Positions 10,401 through 20,075 of a stretch of DNA of 64,000 bases are shown one piece after another. Origin of the DNA: an uncultured delta proteobacterium. Its GTDB lineage: Bacteria > Desulfobacterota > Desulfobacteria > Desulfobacterales > B30-G6. The notes beneath the pieces are model-generated. The model was not told the origin of the DNA. It saw only the letters and a list, made by a program, of their open reading frames with translations, and ran no database searches. Made by a program: the position numbers and the translations under genes. The first letter of the stretch is position 1. The number at the start of each line of letters is the position of its first letter. The stretch is taken from the NCBI GenBank assembly GCA_963823335.1, contig CAWGLD010000001.1, positions 288,001 through 352,000 on the forward strand. The letters are read 5' to 3'.

Positions 10401-12417
10401 CGTAATCCTCATCCTCCTGATCACGGTCATCTACAATGTTCATCCGGCTTTTCAACTGGCATACAGTCCCATGGTCGTCATCCTGGCATTTCTGATCATG
10501 GGTCTTTCACTCGTGGTGACATTGATTATCTTTTTCAGGTTTGAAGAAGAAATGACCCGTATCCAAAGCCGTTCCCAGCGCAGCCAGTCTGAAGAAATCG
10601 GCCGCTGGAAGGCCTTTGTTGCGGCATTTCTTCTGGGGGTCAGCAACCTCCGCCGCCGCAGGTTGAGAACAGCCTTGACCTGTATCACCCTGATCATCCT
10701 CACCTTCACCATCATGAGTTTTACCTCAGTCAAGTCCATACGGAAACATACGCGTATCCTTTATAACAACCGGTCTCCCTACCAGGGTTTCCTCTTGAAA
10801 AACATTAACTGGCGGGATCTGCCACCCCAGGCTTACACCATCGTTTCAAATACATTTTCCGAAACGGGAATTGCGGCACCCAGGGTATGGCTGGAAGAAG
10901 AAGACCGAACCCGTTCGACGCGAATCCCCATTCATTATGACGGGAAAACGTTTGAAGCACAGGGCATGATCGGATTGTCACACAATGAAGTCCATGTGTC
11001 CGGTATCGAAAGCATTCTCGTCGGCGGACGCTGGTTGAGAGCCGAAGATCGGCAGGCAGTCCTTCTTCCAGACCGGATGGCTGAACACCTCGGTATTGAT
11101 ATCAAATCGCCGATCAACCAGGTGGTGACCATCTTGGGGACCCCTTTTCACGTTGTCGGGATTTTTTCGGGTGAGGGTTTACAGGAGCTGAAAGACCTGG
11201 ATGGGGAGCCTCTGACGCCCGCTATCTTTCCCAGAGAAGTTTCGGATGGCATGACCGAAGCCGTTGTCGAGGCACTGGAGTCGGGTGATGACATGCGTGA
11301 ATTTCAGAGCCGCTATCAGCATCTCGACACTGAAGTTACGGTCATTGTCCCTTTTCAGAAACTTATGGCGGTAGGCGGCCATGTCAAAGGTATCGCCATT
11401 CGACCGAATGCACAGGGCTCGAACCAGGAGATGGCCCAGATGCTGGTGGACCGTTTCGGTCTGTCGCTGTTCAGTGGGGAGGAATCGGGAACCTACTTGT
11501 ATCATGCCAGTGACAGCATGAGTTACAGCGGTGTTCCCAATATAATCGTGCCCATCTTGATTTCGATATTCATTGTATTGAATACCATGATCAGCAGTGT
11601 CTATGAACGCAAACGTGAAATCGGTATTTACACATCCGTCGGGCTGGCACCCTCGCACGTTTCCTTTCTGTTTATAGCGGAAGCCATGGCGTTTGCCGTA
11701 CTCAGCGTTGTTTTCGGTTACATTCTGGCACAGACATCGGCAAAATTTTTTGCAGGTACCGCCCTTTGGTCCGGTATTACGGTCAATTACTCCTCCGCCG
11801 CAGGTGTTGGTGCAATGGTTCTGGTCATTCTGGTTGTCATGATATCGGTCATTTATCCATCCAAGATTGCCGGTGAAATCGCCATTCCAGACATTAACCG
11901 TTCCTGGACCCTGCCCGCTCCCCGGGAAAACAGGATTGATATTGTTCTGCCGTTCCTCATGACCTACTTGGAGCACCGCAGTGTCGGCGGCTTTATTTAT
12001 GAATACTTTGCCAGTCACCAGGAAATCACCCATGGCAAATTTTCTACCGGGGATGTAGCCTTCTCCTTTGTCTGCGAAATACCCCCGAAAGAGGAAGACA
12101 ACCAGGAGGACTGCCCTGAAGACCAATACACCTATGATGAATGCCTCCATTTGACATCAAAGGTCTGGCTGGCACCGTTTGACTTCGGCATACTCCAGCG
12201 GGTTGCGTTGAAATTCAAACCTGCTGAAGAAGAAAAAGGGTTTCTTGAAGTGCACGTTTCACTGCACCGCGAATCCGGAGAATCCAACGCCTGGCAACGG
12301 ATCAACAAAACGTTTCTGCATGAAATCCGAAAACAACTGCTCCTGTGGCGTTCCTTTGATGACGAGACCAAGGAGCATTACGAACGTCTTTTAGCTGAGG
12401 CAGTTCAAGCAGATTAG
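7498..12417 (+). CDS. large membrane protein with N-terminal M28-peptidase-like/PA region and C-terminal FtsX-like permease
   Basis: 1639 aa; DRSTGTPG, EAFYDS and SPGADEACG (M28-like); TM cluster; SVYERKREIGIYTSVGL (FtsX). Confidence 0.75.
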   Translation: MDRKKYQRTRSNVADSLSVKRGACILQGNLFGLVITLALCLLGLSAVGDGIAATDSMDGDQFFKDIQALSAVQDRSTGTPGNVTAAEYIKNRLSGMGFEIIGSQRFSVPVMHHRDSRLRISDTGPSISILPYFGNAVSPQAIPAPGIKSPLIYAGTGEPQEYNGKKVEGAIVLMELDSGKNWEYAATMGARAAIYVDRGNSPNILFKDKFELSPVQFPRFWIPLDQARDLFGLFENPALTRVAEQITLTSDIRWQTELAENIYCLIPGLDPEQKNEMVMLEAFYDSSINVAGLSPGADEACGVATLLEFAKRMKENPPKKTVLLVASAGHAQTLSGMREFIWGFSERSKTVKQMKMDLRSRIEETRQTIDGLTTLSFEKKRFPEADVMSLLDVAIKERLKTEADSVSRQLMQLRLETDNSVKPEAIKKLADQRQLLRRLTWRTSYESENLSTQEMHLLDQIVVRATDDSKAVLLDIQQQFVFIEDVDNLRRHTREYDLAASVSLHLSSHGTGFGAFNYGWLYPFRPRINRVSSFSKLDEALRLAAEATEQELGTKDFFKDTLRPSRQGSWKNFFVDQPPLGGEVSALAGYHGLSLVTTHDARSFWGTASDTLENMDRPYALQQAGVVCGIMQRLVQYGKLHEDIYPRKGFATLAGSAKFLRHGELFADQPAPGTVLLAYQGPAKFYTMVDQSGAFLLKGVADSKHSFHKVILEGYKFDTHTGSIDWTIDKNQTDKAAYRVKMIRLAMETDLKMFACKGSTLFNLLEPRTFRYLTKSQVLDGRREAEPVRFFYSRLDTWSSNISTIFLEPGTPLKLTLSDSALNKKLILLNNTPKNPQGTGYRVENWPTLHRTGYRIASDMWTLLVPRINNLEESGIINERIQQLQKDGLTALKLAESAWKDKRYDRFFEASSRSWALASRVYDDIEKTQKDVLYGVLFYIALFVPFSFCLERLLFSYTNIYKRIAAFSVILILLITVIYNVHPAFQLAYSPMVVILAFLIMGLSLVVTLIIFFRFEEEMTRIQSRSQRSQSEEIGRWKAFVAAFLLGVSNLRRRRLRTALTCITLIILTFTIMSFTSVKSIRKHTRILYNNRSPYQGFLLKNINWRDLPPQAYTIVSNTFSETGIAAPRVWLEEEDRTRSTRIPIHYDGKTFEAQGMIGLSHNEVHVSGIESILVGGRWLRAEDRQAVLLPDRMAEHLGIDIKSPINQVVTILGTPFHVVGIFSGEGLQELKDLDGEPLTPAIFPREVSDGMTEAVVEALESGDDMREFQSRYQHLDTEVTVIVPFQKLMAVGGHVKGIAIRPNAQGSNQEMAQMLVDRFGLSLFSGEESGTYLYHASDSMSYSGVPNIIVPILISIFIVLNTMISSVYERKREIGIYTSVGLAPSHVSFLFIAEAMAFAVLSVVFGYILAQTSAKFFAGTALWSGITVNYSSAAGVGAMVLVILVVMISVIYPSKIAGEIAIPDINRSWTLPAPRENRIDIVLPFLMTYLEHRSVGGFIYEYFASHQEITHGKFSTGDVAFSFVCEIPPKEEDNQEDCPEDQYTYDECLHLTSKVWLAPFDFGILQRVALKFKPAEEEKGFLEVHVSLHRESGESNAWQRINKTFLHEIRKQLLLWRSFDDETKEHYERLLAEAVQAD

Positions 12418-12587
12418 GTTGTTTAGGCTGTAGAAAAAAATGGGTGGCCATATGAAACTCAAAACGCTTGAAACGACCAGTGAAATAACGAAGGCTGAAA
12501 AGACTATGGGGGCACGATTACTGTCCGTATGCAACCGATAGCGACCTAACAGCCTACAGTCTAAGCAACCTGATCTATAAGGATGAC

Positions 12588-14627
12588 ATGACCGACACAC
12601 CCGACATAACAGCAACACAACAGGCTCCGGTTTCGGGAAAGCGTGAAACGCTCTCAAACAGGATTCGCTGGCGGGCTATTTTCATAGGATCCTTTCTGGC
12701 CTTGCTCATCTGCCTGATAACGCCCTTCAACAACGCCTACAGATTAGGGACACCCCTTGGGGGCGGACACTTTCCCCTGGCTCCGTTTTATTTTCTCATC
12801 TGGATGGTTGTCATCACCGCTTTCATCCGCTGGTTGTTCAAGGGCCGCAATCTTCTCACCGGAAAAGAGCTTCTGGTGGCCTGGGCATTCATGGTTCTTC
12901 TTTCAGGCATTGCCTGGACGGGCCTGGCAAGGACCTTCTTTCTCAACTTAACGGCGCCTTACCATTTCGCCACCGTCGAAAACCAATGGGAAGAAGTTCT
13001 TCATCCCATGCTGCCGTCGGGATGGTACCCCCAGAACCAGGCGGCCATCACCGATCTATACAACGGCCTGTCCGGAGGACGCCAGATGAGCTGGATAGAT
13101 GTCCTGGGCAACATTCCGTGGGAGGCCTGGGTGCGGCCTCTGCTGGGCTGGGCCGGCTTTGTCCTGCTCTGTTATTTTGTCATGGCCTGCATGGTCAGTC
13201 TCTTGAGTAAACAGGGGATCTATCACGAGCGGATCAATTTTCCTCTCCTGCGGGTACCATTGCTGATTCAGGAAGCATTCGACAACCAGGAGCTGGGTCG
13301 ATTCTTCAGCAACCGCTTTCTCCTGGTGGGTCTGTCCATACCGGTTTTGCTCCACCTGTTGAACGGTCTGAGTTTTTACAATCCTTCCATACCCTCGATT
13401 CCCACGCTGGTCATAGCAGGTAAATATTTTCCGAAACTGGGCCTCTTTTCCGGATTCTACAAACTGAAAATCTATTTTTACCCGGCATTCATCGGATTCG
13501 CTTTCCTGACCTCGAAACAGATATCGTTTTCCTTCTGGTTTTTTTACATTGCCGGCGCCCTGTTGTTCGGTGTCCTGTCATTTATGGGAATCAACATCCC
13601 GGCCGGTGCTCTCGGTGTGACCTTCGGACCGACCATCTCCAGACCCGAAGAGATGCAGATGATCGGCGCATATGTTGTATTTTTTATTTTTATCGCCTGG
13701 CTGGCCAGGTTCCATTTAATGGATATCCTTCGTATGGGATTCGGACTCAAAAAAGAAACCGACCCGGAAAGTGAATGGCTCTCCACGCGCATGGCTTTCT
13801 GGGGGACCGTTCTGGGTGGTCTCGGCATTGTGCTGTGGTGCCATTTTGCCGGTGTCCCTTTCCTCTTTTCCTTTATGGTCGTAGGTGCCCTTTTCCTGTT
13901 TATGCTGGTGGCCACACGGGTGATCTGCCAGGGGGGCATCGCCTATTTCACCTTGACAGCTGCACCCATGGATGGACTCATGGCATTGTTCGGACCCAAG
14001 GCGTTTACCCATGTGGGTCTTGTTGTTTCGGCGGTTATCCAGAAAATGCTCTTTGTCGACCTGCGCGAATCGCTCATGCCGTCTCTTCTCCACGCACGAA
14101 AAATATCGGACGGCACCAACAGCAACCGGCGTATATTCATTGCCATTATCATCACCCTCGCCCTGGGTATTCTAGTTTCCTTTCTGGCCATGCTCGCTCT
14201 GTGCTATAAATTCGGCATCCGGGAACTCCAGTTCGAATGGGCCAGCCGCACGACACTGGCTGTTTATGACAATCTTTTCAACCTGATGGAAGTCCCTATG
14301 GAATCCAGCCAGTGGGTCATGACCTTTATGCTGGTGGGTGCGGCCTTGATGCTGGTTCTGGTGATCTGCTATCACCGTTTTTACTGGTGGCCGATACATC
14401 CCATCGGCTACTTGACGGCCTACAGTTCCGCCATGTGGTATCTGTGGTTCTGTTTCTTTATCGGCTGGCTTTGCAATGCACTTTGCATGCGCTACGGTGG
14501 CGTCATGCTTTACAAAAAAGTGCGCTATTTTTTCATTGGGCTCATTATCGGGGATTTCCTGATGGCAGGAACCTGGGCCATCTATGGCCTCTTCAGCGAC
14601 GCAAGCTATAACGTGATGCCGATATAA
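12588..14627 (+). CDS. polytopic membrane protein, DUF6785/OPT-like
   Basis: 679 aa; many hydrophobic segments, ERINFPL, WWPIHPIGY and FFIGLIIGD. Family name from recall only. Confidence 0.65.
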   Translation: MTDTPDITATQQAPVSGKRETLSNRIRWRAIFIGSFLALLICLITPFNNAYRLGTPLGGGHFPLAPFYFLIWMVVITAFIRWLFKGRNLLTGKELLVAWAFMVLLSGIAWTGLARTFFLNLTAPYHFATVENQWEEVLHPMLPSGWYPQNQAAITDLYNGLSGGRQMSWIDVLGNIPWEAWVRPLLGWAGFVLLCYFVMACMVSLLSKQGIYHERINFPLLRVPLLIQEAFDNQELGRFFSNRFLLVGLSIPVLLHLLNGLSFYNPSIPSIPTLVIAGKYFPKLGLFSGFYKLKIYFYPAFIGFAFLTSKQISFSFWFFYIAGALLFGVLSFMGINIPAGALGVTFGPTISRPEEMQMIGAYVVFFIFIAWLARFHLMDILRMGFGLKKETDPESEWLSTRMAFWGTVLGGLGIVLWCHFAGVPFLFSFMVVGALFLFMLVATRVICQGGIAYFTLTAAPMDGLMALFGPKAFTHVGLVVSAVIQKMLFVDLRESLMPSLLHARKISDGTNSNRRIFIAIIITLALGILVSFLAMLALCYKFGIRELQFEWASRTTLAVYDNLFNLMEVPMESSQWVMTFMLVGAALMLVLVICYHRFYWWPIHPIGYLTAYSSAMWYLWFCFFIGWLCNALCMRYGGVMLYKKVRYFFIGLIIGDFLMAGTWAIYGLFSDASYNVMPI

Positions 14628-14872
14628 AGAAGGGTTCAAGGGTCCGAGGGTGATACAAGGGTGCGAGGGTAGCTAACAGCTACAAGCGGACAGCAGCGTC
14701 CCAACATTCAAGGATTCCAGGGTCCAAGGAAAATACTTTCAGTTACAAAGAAAGAAAGGTTGTAAACAATCTTACGAATTGAGAAAAAGGGGCTACTAAC
14801 GAGCATAAGCCGGCAAACTTTTCACCCTCAATAGCGACCTAGTCGCGTTTGATAAAATCGCGAAGTGATTTT

Positions 14873-16834
14873 ATGTACGAAGACAAAGAACTCCAGGAAT
14901 ACAGAGATCTTCTCAAGACACCGGATCATTTTGAAGAAGGATTCAGCTGGAAAACGGTAGTGGGCTCCATCTTCATCGGCTTCCTCATGATGCCCGGCAG
15001 CATGTACCTGCAGCTGGTGATCGGTCAAGGCATCGGTCCGGCAGCACGATGGGTAACAATCATCCTGTTTGCTGAACTGGCCAAGCGTTCCTACAGCGAA
15101 TTGAAACAGCAGGAGATTTTTCTGCTTTACTATATGGCCGGCGCCGCGCTGGCGACACCCTTCCAGGGACTCCTGTGGAGCCAGTACCTGGTTCAATCGG
15201 ATGCCGCCCGTATGTTGGGTCTCACCGAATTCATCCCCACCTGGATCGCGCCCAGCCTCGACTCCGAGTCCCTGATGCAGCGTACCTTTTTCCATCGGGA
15301 CTGGATGATTCCGATCCTGTTGCTCGTGGGCACACAGATCATTCAACGTATCGACCAGTTCGGTCTGGGATACGCCCTTTACCGCATCACGAGTGATGTG
15401 GAAAAACTTCCCTTCCCCATGGCCCCGGTAGCTGCCCTGGGAACCATGGCCCTGGCCGAGTCTACGGAAGAAAGAAAGAAAAGCTGGAAATGGCGGGTCT
15501 TTTCCATCGGTGGTGTCATTGGTCTGGCTTTTGGGGCCATCTATGTGGTTCTCCCTACCCTCAGCGGCCTGATTCTGATGGAGCCAATCCGTCTGATCCC
15601 CATCCCCTGGATTGAGCTGACCGGACATACAGAGGACTTTCTCCCTGCGGTAGCCACCGGTATTCAACTCGATCTGGGTCTCGTTTTTATCGGCATGGTG
15701 CTGCCGTTCTGGGCGGTTATCGGCGGTCTGGTGGGTCTGCTCATCACCATAGCAGCAAACCCGGCCCTGCACCATTTCGGTATTCTTACGCGTTGGCATC
15801 CGGGAATGGAAACCGTCGATACCGTATTTGCCAACAACTTCGACTTTTACTTGAGCTTCAGTATCGGTCTGGGCCTTTCTATCGCTCTTATCGGCATCTG
15901 GCACGTGATACGCTCCTTTAAAAAAAGCTCAACACAACAGCGCGGGACACTCAAGGACCTGTTTCATCCACCTCCTGGCCGGGGTGATTTTAACTTCTGG
16001 ATCTCCATCGGAATCTATGTGTTTTCAACTTCTTGCTATGTTTTATTGTGCGTCTGGCTGGTACCCAATTTCCCCTGGATCTTTTTTCTCTTGTATGGAT
16101 TTATCTACACACCCATCGTGTCCTACATCACCGCCCGGATGGAAGGAATCGCCGGGCAGTTTGTAAGTCTTCCTCTGGTTCGGGAAGCCAGTTTTATCAT
16201 GGGTGCCAAATACTTCGGCTACCAGGGAATTGAAATATGGTATGCCCCTATTCCGATTCATAACTACGGCGAAGCCACCGTCAACTTCCGCCAGATCGAA
16301 CTTACCGGAACCAGTATCCGCGGTATCATCAAATCGGAAATCGTCGTCTTTCCGGTGGTCATGACGGCCAGTCTGCTATTTTCACAATTTATCTGGCGGC
16401 TGGCCCCCATACCGTCCAATGCCTACCCCTATGCCCAGGAGCTGTGGCATCTGCAGGCCCTCAACACACTTCTGATGCAGACATCCACCCTGGAAGGCAA
16501 CTCCCTGTTCTATCAAGCGCTAAACTGGATCTATGTGGTGGCCGGCATGGGTCTGGGTGTCGTCACCTATTCCATCCTGATCATGATGGGACTCCCCATA
16601 CTGCTGGTGTATGGTATGGTTCGCGGACTGGGGCAAAGCACCCCCCACGGTCTGATCCTTGAAGTTATCGGCGCACTATTGGGGCGCTTCTATTTCTATA
16701 AGCGTTACGGCAGCATGTGGCGACAATACGCACCAGTTCTACTGGCGGGTTTTTCCTGTGGTATGGGACTGACCGGTATGTTCGCCATGGGAATTACCCT
16801 TATTCTCAAATCACTGGGGCGGCTGGCTTACTAG
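14873..16834 (+). CDS. OPT-family-like peptide transporter
   Basis: Start taken at ATG 14873 (MYEDKE); polytopic; ITSDVEKLPFPMAPV resembles the OPT E.L.FP motif. Confidence 0.7.
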   Translation: MYEDKELQEYRDLLKTPDHFEEGFSWKTVVGSIFIGFLMMPGSMYLQLVIGQGIGPAARWVTIILFAELAKRSYSELKQQEIFLLYYMAGAALATPFQGLLWSQYLVQSDAARMLGLTEFIPTWIAPSLDSESLMQRTFFHRDWMIPILLLVGTQIIQRIDQFGLGYALYRITSDVEKLPFPMAPVAALGTMALAESTEERKKSWKWRVFSIGGVIGLAFGAIYVVLPTLSGLILMEPIRLIPIPWIELTGHTEDFLPAVATGIQLDLGLVFIGMVLPFWAVIGGLVGLLITIAANPALHHFGILTRWHPGMETVDTVFANNFDFYLSFSIGLGLSIALIGIWHVIRSFKKSSTQQRGTLKDLFHPPPGRGDFNFWISIGIYVFSTSCYVLLCVWLVPNFPWIFFLLYGFIYTPIVSYITARMEGIAGQFVSLPLVREASFIMGAKYFGYQGIEIWYAPIPIHNYGEATVNFRQIELTGTSIRGIIKSEIVVFPVVMTASLLFSQFIWRLAPIPSNAYPYAQELWHLQALNTLLMQTSTLEGNSLFYQALNWIYVVAGMGLGVVTYSILIMMGLPILLVYGMVRGLGQSTPHGLILEVIGALLGRFYFYKRYGSMWRQYAPVLLAGFSCGMGLTGMFAMGITLILKSLGRLAY

Positions 16835-16883
16835 AAGCCAATCATTCCTGGTTTAAAATGAGAGCTATCAAAAGGATCAGCAC

Positions 16884-17300
16884 ATGTCACTTTCACGATA
16901 TGAAATCGAAAAGGCCTTAAAAAAATGGAATCTCGCCTGGGATAATCATGACCTCGAAGGAGTTATGGACCTCTTTCATGAAGAGGTCGTTTTTGACAGT
17001 TGGACAGGTGGATGCGTTAGAGGAAAGGAGGCTCTCAAAAAAGCATGGAAACCCTGGTTTGCCAACCACGGAAATTTCCGCTTTATAGAAGAAGAAACAT
17101 TCATCGATGAAAAAGAGCAAAAAGTTCTTTACCGCTGGTTACTTGAATGGCCTTCTTTTGAAAAAGGAAATGAGGGAAAACCTGAAAAACGAAGAGGCGT
17201 CGATATAATTCATTTTAAAGACCGCAAGATAATTAATAAATTTACCTATTCAAAGACCTCTATTGAGATCGATGGGAAAAGGCACTCGCTTCACATATAG
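16884..17300 (+). CDS. NTF2/SnoaL-like protein
   Basis: 138 aa; AWDNHDLEGVMDLF, RGKEAL and GVDIIHF. Confidence 0.8.
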   Translation: MSLSRYEIEKALKKWNLAWDNHDLEGVMDLFHEEVVFDSWTGGCVRGKEALKKAWKPWFANHGNFRFIEEETFIDEKEQKVLYRWLLEWPSFEKGNEGKPEKRRGVDIIHFKDRKIINKFTYSKTSIEIDGKRHSLHI

Positions 17301-17398
17301 GATAGACAGCAATCGAGAAGTTGGGAGGGTTTTCCAGCAACACCTTAGTCAGCTTTGCAAAAACATTTTTTTTCACTTCATTAATTTAGGAGGTCGAT

Positions 17399-17695
17399 AT
17401 GAATGTCAAAGTTTTAATCAAAAGGACGGTTCCAAAAGAAAAATCCAGGGAAATGTTAAAGTTGTTTAAGGAGATGAGATCGTTGGCGACAGGTCTGGAT
17501 GGGTACATTTCTGGTGAAACCTTGAAAAGTAGTGACCGACTCGATGTTTTTCTGGTCATAAGCACATGGGCATCGTCAAACGATTGGGAAAATTGGCTTA
17601 AGAACAAGGAAAGACAGAAGATTCAAGGCAAAATTGATGCTCTGCTGGGGGGCAAAACATCCTACGAAATATTTCAATATGGCTTAAGAGAATGA
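17399..17695 (+). CDS. antibiotic biosynthesis monooxygenase (ABM) family protein
   Basis: 98 aa; GYISGETL and VISTW; AGGAGG RBS upstream. Confidence 0.8.
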   Translation: MNVKVLIKRTVPKEKSREMLKLFKEMRSLATGLDGYISGETLKSSDRLDVFLVISTWASSNDWENWLKNKERQKIQGKIDALLGGKTSYEIFQYGLRE

Positions 17696-17869
17696 TGTTC
17701 ACAGAAACATTGTAAATCGTAATTAAGTTCTCAGAAAAAACACATCAGGCACCGGAAGCGTGACTGCCTATGTACCCGATGGCGTCGATGAATGCAATCT
17801 GGGATTTTATATTGCGCTCACTCGGCAAACCGGAAGTGGTGGTGGTTTATTTTTTCTACAAGTCCCTAA

Positions 17870-18412
17870 ATGATGAAACTTGTTCGCGGCCTTATACTTT
17901 CTATGTTGGTTATTTACGCCTTGCAAGGCCTAAGCTACGGCAGTTCTGATTTTTATAAGCTGATAGATATAGATGACCCAGTTTCGTTTCAAGATGATGC
18001 CATCTACTTTCAACATGTAACACCCCTTTCCAATATACAAACATCCTCATTTTCAGAGGATAAAAGCGCATTGGATATGGGCTTTCTGCATAAATATTTG
18101 GGGTACGGTACACTTCTTTTGGCCGGCGTGGCTGCGGCGACGGGATCCGACAGCTCAATTCACCATTATTCAGCGATGGGATCAGCTACTTTTGGTATAA
18201 TGACCCTGGCAACCGGTTACCATGAATATGGGGATATGTTTGAGATTGATGAAGGTTTTTCAAAATATAACCTTCATATCGCATTGGGAACACTTGGTGC
18301 CCTTGGATTTGCCACGGAAGCCATTATCGCCAACACCGATTCGGATCATGGCGGTCTGGGCATAGGATCTGCCATTGTAATGGGAGCCGCCTTGATTGTC
18401 ATTGTCTGGTAA
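17870..18412 (+). CDS. hypothetical membrane protein with several membrane-associated His residues
   Basis: 180 aa; signal-like N-terminus and about 4 hydrophobic segments. Confidence 0.6.
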   Translation: MMKLVRGLILSMLVIYALQGLSYGSSDFYKLIDIDDPVSFQDDAIYFQHVTPLSNIQTSSFSEDKSALDMGFLHKYLGYGTLLLAGVAAATGSDSSIHHYSAMGSATFGIMTLATGYHEYGDMFEIDEGFSKYNLHIALGTLGALGFATEAIIANTDSDHGGLGIGSAIVMGAALIVIVW

Positions 18413-18507
18413 TAATTCATCAAAACCATAATAGACACGTTTGCGTCACCAGATCCAAAAAGGATGCCTAACGACACAATTTTATTTTCAGCCCGCCGGA
18501 GGAAGAT

Positions 18508-19068
18508 ATGCAAGGCTTTAAATCGTATACGATGCTGTTCTTGTTGATACTTGTCCAAGGTTGCTCGAATGTAATTGTCAGCCAGGATTATCCGCTCAGT
18601 ACCGATTACTCGGCTTTGAAAACATATGCCTGGCAGTCTGAACATCAAGAGAAAACGGGCGATCTCAGACTGGACAACCCGCTTCTGGATGTGCGCATCC
18701 GTCGCGCGATTGATACATCATTGCTGGAAAAAGGTTATCGGCAGGTTTCTGACATGCAGCCTGATTTTTACATTGCCTACCACCAGGAAATTTACAACCG
18801 CATCACTGTAGATCAAAACAGGTCCGGATTTGCATTTGGTATGGGAAGTACTGGTTACCATGGCGGGATCGGTCTCAGTACAGGAAGCAACACCGGCAGT
18901 TATGACGACAACATGCTGGTGATCAATGTGATCGATTCAGGAAATGGCGGCATTCTTTGGCGGGGGACCGCTACCCGTTCCTTTTTGCAGCACACTGACC
19001 CGGAAAAATTAACCAAACGGGTCAACGAAACCGTTAATAAAATATTAAAACAGTTCCCGCCCCAGTAA
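18508..19068 (+). CDS. DUF4136 family lipoprotein
   Basis: Lipobox VQGC; KTYAW, L..KGY and LVINVID...WRG. Confidence 0.8.
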   Translation: MQGFKSYTMLFLLILVQGCSNVIVSQDYPLSTDYSALKTYAWQSEHQEKTGDLRLDNPLLDVRIRRAIDTSLLEKGYRQVSDMQPDFYIAYHQEIYNRITVDQNRSGFAFGMGSTGYHGGIGLSTGSNTGSYDDNMLVINVIDSGNGGILWRGTATRSFLQHTDPEKLTKRVNETVNKILKQFPPQ

Positions 19069-19121
19069 AAATAAATCGTTCTGGAGCAGTACTATGAAGC
19101 CTCGCTATAAAAGGAATTCAG

Positions 19122-20075
19122 GTGGATATCCGTCTTTGCAACAAGATCATTGAAAATATATCCCGTGTGATTGTCGGCAGGGATCAAGCCATCGAATTGC
19201 TACTGATCACCCTCATGGCAGAAGGCCACGTGCTGCTGGAGGATGTACCGGGTGTGGCCAAGACGCTGCTGGCGAAATCCCTGGCAAAAAGTATCGGCGG
19301 CACCTTCAACCGGGTGCAGTTTACACCGGATCTCATGCCCACCGATATCACCGGCTTCAATGTCTATGATCAGCAGTCGGCCTGCTTCTCTTTTCGCCCG
19401 GGGCCGGTCATAACCCACATTCTGCTGGCCGACGAAATCAACCGCACCATACCACGGACCCAGTCAAGCCTTCTGGAATGCATGGAAGAACGCCAGGTGA
19501 CAGTGGATGGGAAAACCCATCTGCTTCCCAGCCCTTTTTTTGTCATGGCCACCCAGAATCCCATTGAACTGGAAGGCACTTTCCCCCTGCCCGAAGCTCA
19601 GTTGGACAGATTTCTGTTGAAAACCCGGCTGGGATATCCTGACAAGCAAGAAGAAATTCAGATTCTCCAACGTTTCCAGCAGACAGACCCTCTCCAGGAA
19701 CTTATGCCTGTGACAACCCCTGAAGAAGTCAGCCGATTACAGCGGGACCGCAGAAACATCATCGTTTCAGGACCTGTCCGGGAATATATCACCGATATTG
19801 TTCGGGCCACACGCAATCACAAGGCAATTCAATTCGGCGCCAGCCCCCGGGGCTCTCTGGGCTTGATGCGGGCTGGACAAGCCCTGGCAGCCCTGCGCGG
19901 CAGGGAATATATTCTGCCTGACGATATCAAATCGCTGGCGCTCCCGGTTCTCACCCACCGGCTGATCCTTAAGGAGCAAGACCGGCTGCGGGGCGAAAAC
20001 GCCGGGCATATCCTGGAAAGTATCATCCAGCATACCCAAGTTCCGGCTGCGGCAGGATCGAAAAATGGCAACTGA
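19122..20075 (+). CDS. MoxR family AAA+ ATPase
   Basis: LLEDVPGVAKT, RVQFTPDL, LADEINR, ATQNPIE, LPEAQLDRF and GASPRG. Confidence 0.95.
   Translation: MDIRLCNKIIENISRVIVGRDQAIELLLITLMAEGHVLLEDVPGVAKTLLAKSLAKSIGGTFNRVQFTPDLMPTDITGFNVYDQQSACFSFRPGPVITHILLADEINRTIPRTQSSLLECMEERQVTVDGKTHLLPSPFFVMATQNPIELEGTFPLPEAQLDRFLLKTRLGYPDKQEEIQILQRFQQTDPLQELMPVTTPEEVSRLQRDRRNIIVSGPVREYITDIVRATRNHKAIQFGASPRGSLGLMRAGQALAALRGREYILPDDIKSLALPVLTHRLILKEQDRLRGENAGHILESIIQHTQVPAAAGSKNGN

Noticed and set aside
11179-15904. Long antisense ORFs such as 11179-12150 and 14828-15904 (also 44217-45137 and 54261-55013)
   Set aside because: They lie opposite well-supported genes and have no recognisable motifs.
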